From: Candidatus Omnitrophota bacterium
GTDB lineage: Bacteria; Omnitrophota; Gorgyraeia; Duberdicusellales; 4484-171
Assembly (NCBI GenBank): GCA_021735655.1
Contig: JAIPGM010000003.1
Span: 214,836 to 278,835 of the forward strand
DNA: 64,000 nt
Reading direction: 5' to 3'
The notes under the pieces were generated by a model. The model searched no databases, had not been told where the DNA came from, and was given only the letters and a program-made list of their open reading frames with translations. The position numbers and the translations under genes are program-made. The first letter of the stretch is position 1; every line of letters starts with the position of its first letter. Below are positions 29,083-38,741 of the stretch, piece after piece.

Positions 29083-30429
29083 ATGCCTTACATTTTAAAT
29101 ACCTACAAAGAAACTGAAGAGATGCTACGGGCAATTGGAGTAAGTTCGATTGAAGATCTTTACAGCCAAATACCTAAAGATTTAAGGCTCAAAGCAGCAC
29201 TTAACATACCTAGTGGTTTGAGTGAGTTAGATACTAAAAGAACCGTTAAGGGGCTTGCTGAAAAAAATATTCCGATTGATGAGTTTAATTCATTTCTCGG
29301 TGCCGGATGCTATGATCATTACATACCGGCGGCTTTAGAGTTTATAGTTTCTCAATCTCAACTGCTTACCGCTTATACCCCTTATCAAGCTGAGTGCTCG
29401 CAAGGTATTTTGCAGGCAATTTATGAGTACCAAAGTTATATCTGTCTTTTAACTGGCATGGATGCTTCTAACGCTTCTTTGCTTGATGGGGCTTCGAGCT
29501 TAGCTGAGGCAGTCCTGATGTCTTTGAGAGTAACTAAACGCAATAAGATTGTTGTACCTTCTAATCTTCATCCCGAATATCGTAAAACTCTCGAAACCTA
29601 TTTAAGTGGTTTTGATTTTGTGGTTAAAGACCTAGAATTAGGAGATGATGGATTAGTAAATTTAGAGGGAGCTAAAGCGGTAATTGATCAAGATACAGCC
29701 TGTTGCATTATTCAGAGCCCTAACTTTTTTGGTTTGATTGAGAAGGTAGAGGATTTGGCAGCTTTAGCTAAAGAAAACGGGGCGATGACGATTATGGTGA
29801 CCAACCCTTTATCGTTAGCAATATTTAAGGAGCCATCCAATTTAGGTGTTGATATTATTTGTGGTGATGGCCAACCTCTTGGGGGAAGCCTTAATTTCGG
29901 CGGGCCTTCATTTGGATTCTTAGCCACTAAGAATGAATATATTCGTCAGTTACCCGGACGGATTGTTGGAAAAACTAAAGATGCCCAGGGTGAGTGCGCA
30001 TATTGTTTAACTTTGCAAACTCGCGAGCAGCACATCCGTCGCGAAAAAGCAACTAGCAATATTTGTTCTAATCAATCTTTGAATGCAATAGCTGCGGCAG
30101 TTTATCTTTCACTTGTCGGTCGAGATGGTCTCTATGATACTGCTCTTTATTCTTTTAGTAATACTCAATATCTTTATAAGCGCCTTAAGGAAGTAAGGGG
30201 AATTAATATTCCTTATTCGCAATCAGTGTTTAATGAGTTTGTTTGGGAAGTGGATAATTCAGAAATTATATTAGCTAAACTTTATCATAAAGGAGTAATC
30301 GCCGGTTACCAAATTGGCAAGATATTTCCTCAACATAAAGACCGAATTTTAAGTTGCTGTACTGAAAAAAAGACCAAGGATGATATAGATCAATTTATTT
30401 ATTTTTTAGCCGAGATACTGCATGGATAG
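29083..30429 (+). CDS. gcvPA: Glycine dehydrogenase (decarboxylating) subunit 1
   Basis: 448 aa; N-terminal half of a split P-protein. Confidence 0.9.
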   Translation: MPYILNTYKETEEMLRAIGVSSIEDLYSQIPKDLRLKAALNIPSGLSELDTKRTVKGLAEKNIPIDEFNSFLGAGCYDHYIPAALEFIVSQSQLLTAYTPYQAECSQGILQAIYEYQSYICLLTGMDASNASLLDGASSLAEAVLMSLRVTKRNKIVVPSNLHPEYRKTLETYLSGFDFVVKDLELGDDGLVNLEGAKAVIDQDTACCIIQSPNFFGLIEKVEDLAALAKENGAMTIMVTNPLSLAIFKEPSNLGVDIICGDGQPLGGSLNFGGPSFGFLATKNEYIRQLPGRIVGKTKDAQGECAYCLTLQTREQHIRREKATSNICSNQSLNAIAAAVYLSLVGRDGLYDTALYSFSNTQYLYKRLKEVRGINIPYSQSVFNEFVWEVDNSEIILAKLYHKGVIAGYQIGKIFPQHKDRILSCCTEKKTKDDIDQFIYFLAEILHG

Positions 30430-31873
30430 AAAATTAATATTTCAAAAAAATAGCGAGTTAAAATCAAGTGGTTATGTTGGGAAACCGAGTGTTTCCTTAA
30501 TTGATCCTAGGGATGTTTTTCCTGATCAGTTTTTGCGTAGCGAGTTGCCCCTGCCTCAATTAGGTGAGCTTGAAGTAATTCGGCACTATAGTCAGTTAGC
30601 CGAGCTTAACTTTTCAGTCGATACCCATTTTTATCCTCTTGGTTCTTGTACTATGAAATATAATCCGAAGCTTAATGAGTCTTTGGCCAACCTAGAGGCT
30701 TTTAAAGGAATCCATCCTTATCAGGATCCAGAATCGGTGCAAGGGGCTCTTGAGCTTATCTATAATTTGAATATGCTTTTATCTGAAATAACCGGAATGA
30801 AACAATTCACCTTTCAGCCCTCAAGCGGTGCTCAAGGTGAGCTTACTGGCTTGTTGATGATTCGTAAGTTTCATCAAGTTTCTGGAAATAGGAAGACTAA
30901 AGTTATTATTCCTGATTCAGCCCATGGCACAAACCCAGCCTCAGCTAGTATGTGCGGCTATGAGACAGTGATAATTGAAAGTACTGAGGGAGGATTAATC
31001 GATATTGAAAAACTAAGAGCAGCGGTAGATCAGGATACAGCAGCGATAATGCTCACTAATCCTAATACTTTGGGTTTGTTTGAAGAACAGATTCTGGAAG
31101 TGGCAGCAATAGTTCATCAGGCTGGAGGTTTGCTTTATTATGACGGAGCAAATTTTAACCCGCTTTTAGGCATTACTAACCCGGCGAAAATGGGTTTTGA
31201 TGTTATTCATCTTAATTTGCATAAAACCTTTTCTACTCCCCATGGCTGCGGTGGTCCCGGAGCTGGTGTGGTTGGAGTTGCTAGCAAGTTAGTTGATTTT
31301 CTTCCTACACCAGTCGTAGCTAAAAAAGATGACGTTTATTATTTTGACTACTCGCTGGAAAATTCAATTGGCCGTTTACGTACCTTCTATGGTAATTTTG
31401 GCGTTTTAGTTAGAGCCTATAGTTATATTTTACGTTTAGGAAGGGAGGGCTTGTTGCGAGTCGCTCAAAATTCAGTAATTAATGCAAACTATATAAAGGA
31501 GAAGTTAAAGAATCATTATCATTTGGCTTACAATAAACCTTGTATGCATGAGGTAGTTTTTTCAGCTAAGCTTCAGAAAGAAAAAGGTGCCTCAGCTTTA
31601 GATATCGCTAAAAGACTTATTGACTACGGTATCCATCCGCCGACGATATATTTCCCTTTGATTGTTAAGGAGGCCTTGATGATTGAGCCTACTGAAACTG
31701 AGAGTAAAAAGACTCTCGATAAATTTATCCGGGTGATGATTAGCATCGATCGAGAGATAGCTGAGGAATTATACAAGGTTAAGAATGCTCCTTGTGAGGC
31801 ACCGATTAAAAGGGCTGATGAGGTTCAGGCAGCACGCTTTCCGGAGGTAAGATGGAAAAAAGATGGCGCTTAA
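30422..31873 (+). CDS. gcvPB: Glycine dehydrogenase (decarboxylating) subunit 2
   Basis: 483 aa; PLP-binding ...HLNLHKTFSTPHGCGGPGAG... Confidence 0.9.
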   Translation: MDRKLIFQKNSELKSSGYVGKPSVSLIDPRDVFPDQFLRSELPLPQLGELEVIRHYSQLAELNFSVDTHFYPLGSCTMKYNPKLNESLANLEAFKGIHPYQDPESVQGALELIYNLNMLLSEITGMKQFTFQPSSGAQGELTGLLMIRKFHQVSGNRKTKVIIPDSAHGTNPASASMCGYETVIIESTEGGLIDIEKLRAAVDQDTAAIMLTNPNTLGLFEEQILEVAAIVHQAGGLLYYDGANFNPLLGITNPAKMGFDVIHLNLHKTFSTPHGCGGPGAGVVGVASKLVDFLPTPVVAKKDDVYYFDYSLENSIGRLRTFYGNFGVLVRAYSYILRLGREGLLRVAQNSVINANYIKEKLKNHYHLAYNKPCMHEVVFSAKLQKEKGASALDIAKRLIDYGIHPPTIYFPLIVKEALMIEPTETESKKTLDKFIRVMISIDREIAEELYKVKNAPCEAPIKRADEVQAARFPEVRWKKDGA

Positions 31874-32619
31874 TCGTCGATAAGAAAAAAGACGGTTATT
31901 ATAATATGGCTGTTGATGAGGCAATACTGCTTAACTATCAAACTCAGCGGGTTCCGACTTTGCGGATTTATGGCTGGAGTGAGCCATTTATTACTTTAGG
32001 TTACAGCCAAGAACCTAACGAGGTGTTAGAATTAACCAATAAGTTACCTTTTTTAAAGAGAGTTACTGGAGGTTCAGCTATTCTGCATGATCGTGAGCTT
32101 ACTTATAGTATTACCTGCGTGTTGGAGGATTTAAGTTTGACTAGCTCGGTCAAAGAGTCCTATAAAACTATTTGTAGTTTTTTGATAAATTTCTACCAAA
32201 GTTTAGGAATTTCCGTTAAGTATGCTAAAGATACTGAAGAGACAAGCCTAGATGAGCAGACTCCTTTTTGTTTTTCCAGTTGGCAGAAATTAGATTTGGT
32301 TGCGGCTGATAAGAAAATCGGTGGTAATGCCCAAAGGCGTAAGCGAAACTTAATTTTTCAGCATGGTAGTATTCCTCAAGAATTGGATTTTTCGATAATT
32401 GATAAGGCGATTAAAACTCCTTTTGATGTTAGAAAGAGGGCAACTTCTTTGGAACAGTTGCTTGGCCATCATACCGACTTTTCTTCTTTGAGCCAATTAT
32501 TAGCTAAAAGCTTCGAAAATACATTTGGGCTTGAACTTTACCGGGATGTGATTTCACCATCAGAAGAGCTGACAGTTAGTGATATCCTAAAAAAGAAACA
32601 GCAGATTCATCTTTTTTGA
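31852..32619 (+). CDS. Lipoate-protein ligase / octanoyltransferase family protein (BPL_LplA_LipB domain)
   Basis: 255 aa; ...KIGGNAQRRKRNLIFQHGSI... (catalytic Lys region of the LplA/LipM family). Confidence 0.7.
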   Translation: MEKRWRLIVDKKKDGYYNMAVDEAILLNYQTQRVPTLRIYGWSEPFITLGYSQEPNEVLELTNKLPFLKRVTGGSAILHDRELTYSITCVLEDLSLTSSVKESYKTICSFLINFYQSLGISVKYAKDTEETSLDEQTPFCFSSWQKLDLVAADKKIGGNAQRRKRNLIFQHGSIPQELDFSIIDKAIKTPFDVRKRATSLEQLLGHHTDFSSLSQLLAKSFENTFGLELYRDVISPSEELTVSDILKKKQQIHLF

Positions 32620-32671
32620 TTTTATGGCTAATGAAAGCGTTTTCATTGTTTTCATAAAAACTCTTTATCCA

Positions 32672-32700
32672 TTGAATAATAGATATAAATATGGTATAAA
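32672..32700 (+). promoter_or_regulatory. Sigma-70-like promoter for the minor-pilin cassette (TTGAAT, 17 nt spacer, extended -10 TGgTATAAA)
   Basis: ttgaat at 32672-32677; tataaa at 32695-32700, preceded by tgg; lies downstream of a weak hairpin atgaaagcgttttcat at ~32630-32646 after the lplA stop. Confidence 0.35.
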
Positions 32701-32721
32701 ATAATTAGATGGGGAACGATA

Positions 32722-33138
32722 ATGGGGAGGCGTTGTAAGAACAAAAATAAATCATTTTCGCTCGTTGAAATTATCACGGTGATAATCATATTGGGGATTT
32801 TAGCGGCAATTGCTTCTCCCTCATATCACAGGATGATTGAGAGAAGCAGGGGCAAACACGCTGAGTTTAATCTCATGGCTGTTTATAATGCTCAGAAACG
32901 ACATCGCTTGGCTCAGAAGACCTACTATCAGTGTGTTAGTGCTCCTTGTGGTTCTCAAGAATTAGAAGATCACTTGGGAGTGTATATAAATGACCCTTAT
33001 TTTAATTATGGAATAGTAGCTAACACGACTACTTTTACGGCAACAGCTACTAGGATAAATAGTAATTTGTGTCTTGGCGCGACTATGAATGTGAGTGACA
33101 GTGGAAGTGAACCTATAAAAGGATGTGATCTTTGGTGA
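32722..33138 (+). CDS. Prepilin-type minor pilin (FimU/PilE-like), Ser at -1
   Basis: MGRRCKNKNKS|FSLVEIITVIIILGILAAIASPSY... class III signal; 138 aa. Confidence 0.65.
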   Translation: MGRRCKNKNKSFSLVEIITVIIILGILAAIASPSYHRMIERSRGKHAEFNLMAVYNAQKRHRLAQKTYYQCVSAPCGSQELEDHLGVYINDPYFNYGIVANTTTFTATATRINSNLCLGATMNVSDSGSEPIKGCDLW

Positions 33139-34703
33139 AAAATAGATTGAATAAAAAGGCTCGAGGTAACCGGCGTATTTTTGGGGCTTTCGGAGTCTTG
33201 ATTTTGGCGGCTCTTTTTCTTAGCTCAAGCTATTTCTTTGAATATTCATTTGCTCAAACACACCCTTTTCTAAAATATTTCCCAGCCAATGAAGAAATAA
33301 TTACTTATTCTACCGATGGATTTAGCGGTTATCCTTTAGCTTTAACTGAAATAACAAACTGTACTCCGCCCAGTTTTGGCGGAGTAGATTTATTTAAGGC
33401 TCTAGCTGATTGTAATGCTTGTATGGGTTGGAAGGAGGGCTGCGCTGATTGTTGTATTAATCCAACAACTCCGCCAGAGTACTTTTGTGCTCCCAGTGCA
33501 ACGGATCCTGGGCCTAGTGGTGGATATAATCCAGTGCCTTTTAGTGAAAATTGCGACGGCTCAACTCGAGTTTCCTGTACTACCTGTGGTCCTACCTTTT
33601 GTGGTCTTGATCCTGTGTTTGATAATTGTACTGGCTTTAATCCCTTGAATGTTGTTAGTGGCGATATTCCTAATTGTCAGCAGGCAGGATGTCCGATTTC
33701 AGATGATTATAGCTCTGTTGGTTGCGTTAGTGTTGGTTCCCCTCCTGAAACATATTGCATTGGAGATAAAACTCCTCTTGATAAAGGTTGTGTTCCTGTA
33801 ACTGAAGCCCAAGCAGTAGCAAGCTTGGGGTATAATCCGTTATTCCATACTTCAAGCACTGGGAGTGATTTTTATACAGTTACTACTCATCCAGCTGGGA
33901 CTTTTAACGATACTGATGACGTTACAGTTGCCTTTGATAATGAAGGCATAACTTTTGATCCAGACAATGATCCCTGCTTTCAGTATGGTCCAGGAGCCTT
34001 TTTAAATTATATTAATTCTTGTTCTGTTTATGCTGATGCTGCAGAGGTTGGATTTAAGGATAATCACTGTTGTCAGTCTGGAGTATGTAGTGGTGCGGGC
34101 ATGGGCGAGTGCGATACTAGCGGTGGCAATACAGCTACTATAGCCGATGACGGTGGTTGTACGAGCATAATGAATAATTGGGATAATCTTATACCTGTTT
34201 CTGCAGGGGTTAGTAAAAATTGCCATGCAGTTCAAGCTTTTGAATGTGTTGCTTTGCAAGAATTAGTAAATAACTGCATACAGAGTAATAACCAGTCTGA
34301 ATGTAGTGCTTGTTTTGTTGAAATTGATTCAGATTTTCGCTATGAATTTGTGCCAAAAAGCGGAGAGTCTTTAGTTCTTGTTTGGCTTATTGAGGCGGTA
34401 CCTGATATGCCAGCGGGCATGAACCCTAATTTTAATACCTATTTTTATAGCATGGTTAGGGTATTTGAACAGGGTGGAAGCGAACTCGGTCTTCCTACGA
34501 ATATTGTACATCAGAAAAATTTTACTTCCGCCTTTAGTGTTTTTGGCGCAACATCAATAGATTCATCATGGCTTACACCGGGTAAAAAATACGAAATAAG
34601 GGTATCTTATTTTATACCTAACGACTCTAATATTCCTCTTGGCGAACACTTAACGATGACCGTAAACCGCATGGAACTGGATGTTTTCAGAGTGCGGGAG
34701 TAG
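33132..34703 (+). CDS. Cysteine-rich secreted/membrane-anchored protein of unknown function, likely pilus-associated (tip adhesin candidate)
   Basis: N-terminal signal anchor (...IFGAFGVLILAALFL...); about 29 Cys between residues ~76 and ~393 (motifs CNAC, CADCC, CTTCGPTFCG, HCCQSGVCSG, ECSACF); Cys-free C-terminal ~130 aa. Start overlaps the upstream pilin stop. Confidence 0.55.
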   Translation: MVKNRLNKKARGNRRIFGAFGVLILAALFLSSSYFFEYSFAQTHPFLKYFPANEEIITYSTDGFSGYPLALTEITNCTPPSFGGVDLFKALADCNACMGWKEGCADCCINPTTPPEYFCAPSATDPGPSGGYNPVPFSENCDGSTRVSCTTCGPTFCGLDPVFDNCTGFNPLNVVSGDIPNCQQAGCPISDDYSSVGCVSVGSPPETYCIGDKTPLDKGCVPVTEAQAVASLGYNPLFHTSSTGSDFYTVTTHPAGTFNDTDDVTVAFDNEGITFDPDNDPCFQYGPGAFLNYINSCSVYADAAEVGFKDNHCCQSGVCSGAGMGECDTSGGNTATIADDGGCTSIMNNWDNLIPVSAGVSKNCHAVQAFECVALQELVNNCIQSNNQSECSACFVEIDSDFRYEFVPKSGESLVLVWLIEAVPDMPAGMNPNFNTYFYSMVRVFEQGGSELGLPTNIVHQKNFTSAFSVFGATSIDSSWLTPGKKYEIRVSYFIPNDSNIPLGEHLTMTVNRMELDVFRVRE

Positions 34704-34786
34704 GGATTATATAGACGCCATTGAGGGAAGAGATTAGTATAGATTAAGTATTAGGAAAAAGAAAGATGAGTACAAGGAGGTACAAA

Positions 34787-35626
34787 ATGAAAAAGATAGC
34801 AATTTTGGCTATAGTTTCTATGTTGGTTCTGCCTCTGTTGGGTTTTGCTCAAGAAGGCCAGAATATTGCAGTAGCACCTTTGGTGATTTCTGATGAAGGA
34901 AGCGGGACATTTACCTTAATTGAAACCCGTTGGCCTGACTTTTACAAGTACGTTCCAGCTGGGGGTTGTAGTGGATTGAGTAATTACAGTAAGAAGCGAA
35001 AGATTGAAGGAACTCCAACTTCACTTTATCCAATTTGTGGCAGTATGTTCTGCTATGTTACTGACGCTATCGATCCATCAACCGGCACTCTTCACAGCTA
35101 TCCGAATGCCGGGGCTCCAGCAGGTTATAACGTAGTTTATGAATATGCACCTAGTAATGCTGAGTATGTTCCAATTTCTGACTTAGGAGCAACAGTTAAC
35201 TTCGATGGCGACTGGGCTGAGTATCGTGATGTGGCTAGAATTTTGGTTACCTGGACAATTAGGCTTGAAGGTTATAAGAATATTATCCAGCCTAACCGAA
35301 AACATGATCCTTGGTTTAGTGGTGGTTGTGGTGGAACTACCTATCAATCTTTTCCCGAAGGTGATGTTTATACGAAGTTGTTCGTTAATGGCTCACCTAT
35401 AGGTAATCCGGCCATAATGACTATACCTTATGGCGGAAAGGGTTCAGCCTCAGGCGTAGTTGATCCAACCCATACCGGAAGCGTTGCGCTTACACCGGAC
35501 ATGTTCGGAGGATCTTTCCCAGCAACTTTGAATCTTGCAATTAAGGCTTACAATGACACTTGCATGTCAGTTCAAAGTCCTAATGGCATGAGGAATTTAG
35601 TTGTTACAGTAACACCGATTAACTAG
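34787..35626 (+). CDS. Secreted protein of unknown function (Sec signal peptide)
   Basis: MKKIAILAIVSMLVLPLLGFAQEG... signal peptide; four Cys; beta-rich composition. The ORF-track start at 34766 is probably 7 codons too long. Confidence 0.55.
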   Translation: MKKIAILAIVSMLVLPLLGFAQEGQNIAVAPLVISDEGSGTFTLIETRWPDFYKYVPAGGCSGLSNYSKKRKIEGTPTSLYPICGSMFCYVTDAIDPSTGTLHSYPNAGAPAGYNVVYEYAPSNAEYVPISDLGATVNFDGDWAEYRDVARILVTWTIRLEGYKNIIQPNRKHDPWFSGGCGGTTYQSFPEGDVYTKLFVNGSPIGNPAIMTIPYGGKGSASGVVDPTHTGSVALTPDMFGGSFPATLNLAIKAYNDTCMSVQSPNGMRNLVVTVTPIN

Positions 35627-35761
35627 AATTAAAGAAGACAAGACATAGAGGGCTAATTCCGGCCCTCTATGTCTATTTATTATAGGTAAAGTTTATCTTT
35701 CTTATTGGCCTTTCTGGCGTTATAATATTTATAGTTCGTTAAAATAAAAGTTGTTTTATAA

Positions 35762-36658
35762 ATGAAACATAAGGGATTAACCCTCATTGAGATAGTAGTT
35801 TCGGTAGTTTTAATCGGTATAGCTTTAATTGCTTTGGGAACAGCTTTAGTTACCGGAAAACACTTCATAAAAAGAGCTGAAAATGACGGCCGCGCTTTAA
35901 GCATAGCCTTGTCGCACAAAGAAGAACTTCTTAGTCGTTCTTATGACCATGCTGATTTATGTCCGGGTCTTTTTGGTTCCTCTTGTACGCAGAGTAATCC
36001 GGTTGGGTCGCCGGTAGATGGTTTTTTTAATTGGACCACGGTAGTAACTAATCGACGGGCTTGCAACACCGGTAGCACTCGTTGTATTCCCTATAAAGAA
36101 ATTATTGCTCAAGTTAATTATCCTGAAGAGGCAATCTCTGGCGCTAACAGTGGCATAACTAAAAGAGTTACCGTAAAGGATATAATTCCTTTTCCTAAGG
36201 TGCATCTTAGTGAGGCTAATACTGGGGTAGTTACCTGTGATGCTGCTGCTGGATGTGAAGTCCTTTTTGGCATTGGTAATGAAACAGTAGTTGGATCCGG
36301 TGGCGATTCCTTATCAATAGATCTTCCGGCTTACCCAGTAGAAAAAGATCTTTTAGTTATTTACAATATTGCAATTAATATCGAATTAAACGGAGCAGGC
36401 ATTCAAAATGCCGATAATATAGTAACTAGGTCCAGGATTATAAATAACGATAGCGGTGCTGTAACCTGGAGTTCAATGGTGACAGTTACCCCGATTATGT
36501 CTCAGGCAGTAATTAATAGTGTTTCAAGAATTTCTATTCCTGCTGCCGGTGTTAATGATCCCCATACGATTGAGGTACGTTGGTATAAGCAACAAAATAG
36601 AGGTCAAATATCTGTTAAGCGATCTAGTTTGACAGTGCTTGCTTTTGAAAGGGATTAA
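35762..36658 (+). CDS. Prepilin-type minor pilin (PilV/PilW-like), Gly at -1
   Basis: MKHKG|LTLIEIVVSVVLIGIALIAL...; 298 aa. Confidence 0.65.
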   Translation: MKHKGLTLIEIVVSVVLIGIALIALGTALVTGKHFIKRAENDGRALSIALSHKEELLSRSYDHADLCPGLFGSSCTQSNPVGSPVDGFFNWTTVVTNRRACNTGSTRCIPYKEIIAQVNYPEEAISGANSGITKRVTVKDIIPFPKVHLSEANTGVVTCDAAAGCEVLFGIGNETVVGSGGDSLSIDLPAYPVEKDLLVIYNIAINIELNGAGIQNADNIVTRSRIINNDSGAVTWSSMVTVTPIMSQAVINSVSRISIPAAGVNDPHTIEVRWYKQQNRGQISVKRSSLTVLAFERD

Positions 36659-36663
36659 AAGCT

Positions 36664-37236
36664 ATGAATAGCAAAGGCTTTACTTTAATTGAGATGATTG
36701 TAGTTTTACTTGTTATTAGTTTTATAATGATTACCATTACTTCTATAGCAATTTTTTTTACCCGCCAAGTTAATTTAAGTAGGGAAAGAACGAATATGTG
36801 GAGTCAGCTAGAATATACCGTTAGTGATATGCGTACTCGTTGCGTTAGCGCTGTCACCACTATTACCCCGCTTAGCCCTTGCGGAAGTATCACTATTAAT
36901 GGTACTAGTGGTAGTAACTTTACCTTTAACGGTGAGGCAGATATATATAGTATTACTCCTGATAATATTACTGATAATGTAAATTATACCTATAGCATAC
37001 AGAATGACGGAGCCTTGATTTTACAGACTACTGGAGGCGTTACTGATGTTTTAATTGATGGAAAATATAACCCCGAGCTAATCTTTGAACACCATTGCGA
37101 AGTCGTTGGCGGGGTGACTATTCCTGATGAGCCACATTTTATTAGGGTTAACCTTACACTTGAAAACGTTAGCTTCGGTCTTAATGCTTCTCGGGAAGAC
37201 GCAATACGTTTTTGGTTTTTGGATGTAGTACAATGA
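36664..37236 (+). CDS. Prepilin-type minor pilin (PilW/GspJ-like), Gly at -1
   Basis: MNSKG|FTLIEMIVVLLVISFIMI...; 190 aa. Confidence 0.65.
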   Translation: MNSKGFTLIEMIVVLLVISFIMITITSIAIFFTRQVNLSRERTNMWSQLEYTVSDMRTRCVSAVTTITPLSPCGSITINGTSGSNFTFNGEADIYSITPDNITDNVNYTYSIQNDGALILQTTGGVTDVLIDGKYNPELIFEHHCEVVGGVTIPDEPHFIRVNLTLENVSFGLNASREDAIRFWFLDVVQ

Positions 37237-37625
37237 TAGCAATTGTAATTTCAATCACAGTTTCTCTTTCTATTCTCTTGAGTGCTTTTGTATCTTTTAG
37301 CCCGAGCTTTAAAGCTATAGTTGAAGGAGAGATTAAACGTAAAGCTCAAGAAAGCGCTTGGGTTTATGCTTCGAAAAGCGGTCAACTTATTGAACGGGCT
37401 AATTCTGATGGTAACCCTCCGGATAACTTTACCTGTGTTACTGCGGCTAGTGCCTGGAATTGCATGGGAACTGTTCCGATGCGAGAGGAAGAGTCAGGCG
37501 GCGTTTGGACTGACACTGAACATGTATGTATAGAAGTCAGTCGGTCGGCACCTGCTTTTCCGGATTTACCTAAAATTACAGTAGAAAATGTTACTTCTAG
37601 TAGCCAAACTTGCCCCCATCACTAA
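37233..37625 (+). CDS. Small membrane-anchored protein, possible degenerate pseudopilin (PilX/GspK-like position)
   Basis: Start MIAIVISITVSLSILLSAFVSF... (ATGA overlap with the upstream stop); hydrophobic N-terminus without a canonical G/S-FTLIE motif; four Cys in the C-terminal half. Confidence 0.4.
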   Translation: MIAIVISITVSLSILLSAFVSFSPSFKAIVEGEIKRKAQESAWVYASKSGQLIERANSDGNPPDNFTCVTAASAWNCMGTVPMREEESGGVWTDTEHVCIEVSRSAPAFPDLPKITVENVTSSSQTCPHH

Positions 37626-38506
37626 AGATAATGGTTTCAGGACAAACTTCAAGCCTATCTTGTTCTAAGCCGGCTTGGCTTAAAAAAAATATAAATTTGA
37701 GTTTGAATCATAAGCTAAAGACAAGGCTACGTAATCTTTCTTTAAATACGGTTTGTGAGGAATCTCGTTGTCCTAATATTTCTGAGTGTTTTTCTAAGCA
37801 GGTTGCAACTTTTTTAATTTTAGGTGATGTTTGTACTCGAGGTTGTAGTTTTTGCCTTATTGGTAAAGGTAAACCAGGCCAACTTGATTTTAATGAACCG
37901 CAGAGGATAGCGCAGGCAGCTAAACTTTTGAATTTAAATTATCTAGTTATTACTTCTCCTACTCGCGATGATCTTCTTGACGGAGGGGCAGCAATTTTTG
38001 TAGAAACCGTAAGAGAGATTCTAGCTTTAGATCCTAAAAAAAGAGTTGAGCTCTTGATACCTGATTTTTTGGGGAAAAAAGACTCTATTGAAAAGGTAGT
38101 CGAATCAGGAGCAGAAACTATAGCTCACAATCTAGAAACTGTTCCTAAGTTATATAAGAAGGTAAGGAAAGGTGCCAGTTATCGGCGTTCCTTATTTGTT
38201 CTGGAGACTACAAAGAAGTTGAACCAGCGAATTTTTACTAAGACGGGTTTAATGTTCGGCTTGGGCGAAAAGGAAAAGGAGGTTAAGAGGGTCTTGGCTG
38301 ATTTAAATTCTATAGGTTGTGATTTTTTAACTCTCGGTCAATATTTACCTCCTTCGCGAAATAATTACCCTTTAAAAAGTTATGTTCATCCTGATACTTT
38401 TGATTATTTTAAAAATTATGCTTTAAAATTAGGTTTTAAGAATGTTATTAGTGGTCCCTACGTTCGTTCTTCATATATGGCTCATTTAATGAGTTCCGGC
38501 CTTTAA
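37610..38506 (+). CDS. lipA: Lipoyl synthase (radical SAM)
   Basis: ...KPAWLKK...CEESRCPNISEC... and the radical-SAM cluster CTRGCSFC; 298 aa. The true start may be the internal Met at 37631. Confidence 0.85.
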   Translation: MPPSLKIMVSGQTSSLSCSKPAWLKKNINLSLNHKLKTRLRNLSLNTVCEESRCPNISECFSKQVATFLILGDVCTRGCSFCLIGKGKPGQLDFNEPQRIAQAAKLLNLNYLVITSPTRDDLLDGGAAIFVETVREILALDPKKRVELLIPDFLGKKDSIEKVVESGAETIAHNLETVPKLYKKVRKGASYRRSLFVLETTKKLNQRIFTKTGLMFGLGEKEKEVKRVLADLNSIGCDFLTLGQYLPPSRNNYPLKSYVHPDTFDYFKNYALKLGFKNVISGPYVRSSYMAHLMSSGL

Positions 38507-38688
38507 TAGTATATATACTAAATACTTTCCTAAGTATTTACTTATCAATCAGAAAGACAGGGTATTTTTTAGGATAAGTGAGCTTATTTCCTGATAATTT
38601 TAGAAGGGGGCTTTGTACACAATATCTAGTGGCATAGTCAAAAGCATACAATATATTGAAAATAGCGTTAAATCGTAGGAAATTATGC

Positions 38689-38717
38689 TTGACAGAGGTA
38701 AACAAAGATAATTTAAT
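38689..38717 (+). promoter_or_regulatory. Sigma-70-like promoter upstream of the HTH gene and pilus assembly operon (TTGACA, 17 nt spacer, TTTAAT)
   Basis: ttgaca at 38689-38694; tttaat at 38712-38717; lies in the 236-bp AT-rich intergenic region after lipA. Confidence 0.35.
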
Positions 38718-38741
38718 AGAGATATAACCATTTTATAACAA

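Noticed and set aside
33415-34259. ORFs 33415..33648 (+) and 34002..34259 (-) inside the Cys-rich protein gene
   Set aside because: These are alternate-frame or shadow ORFs within a longer coherent ORF that is translationally coupled to the upstream pilin.
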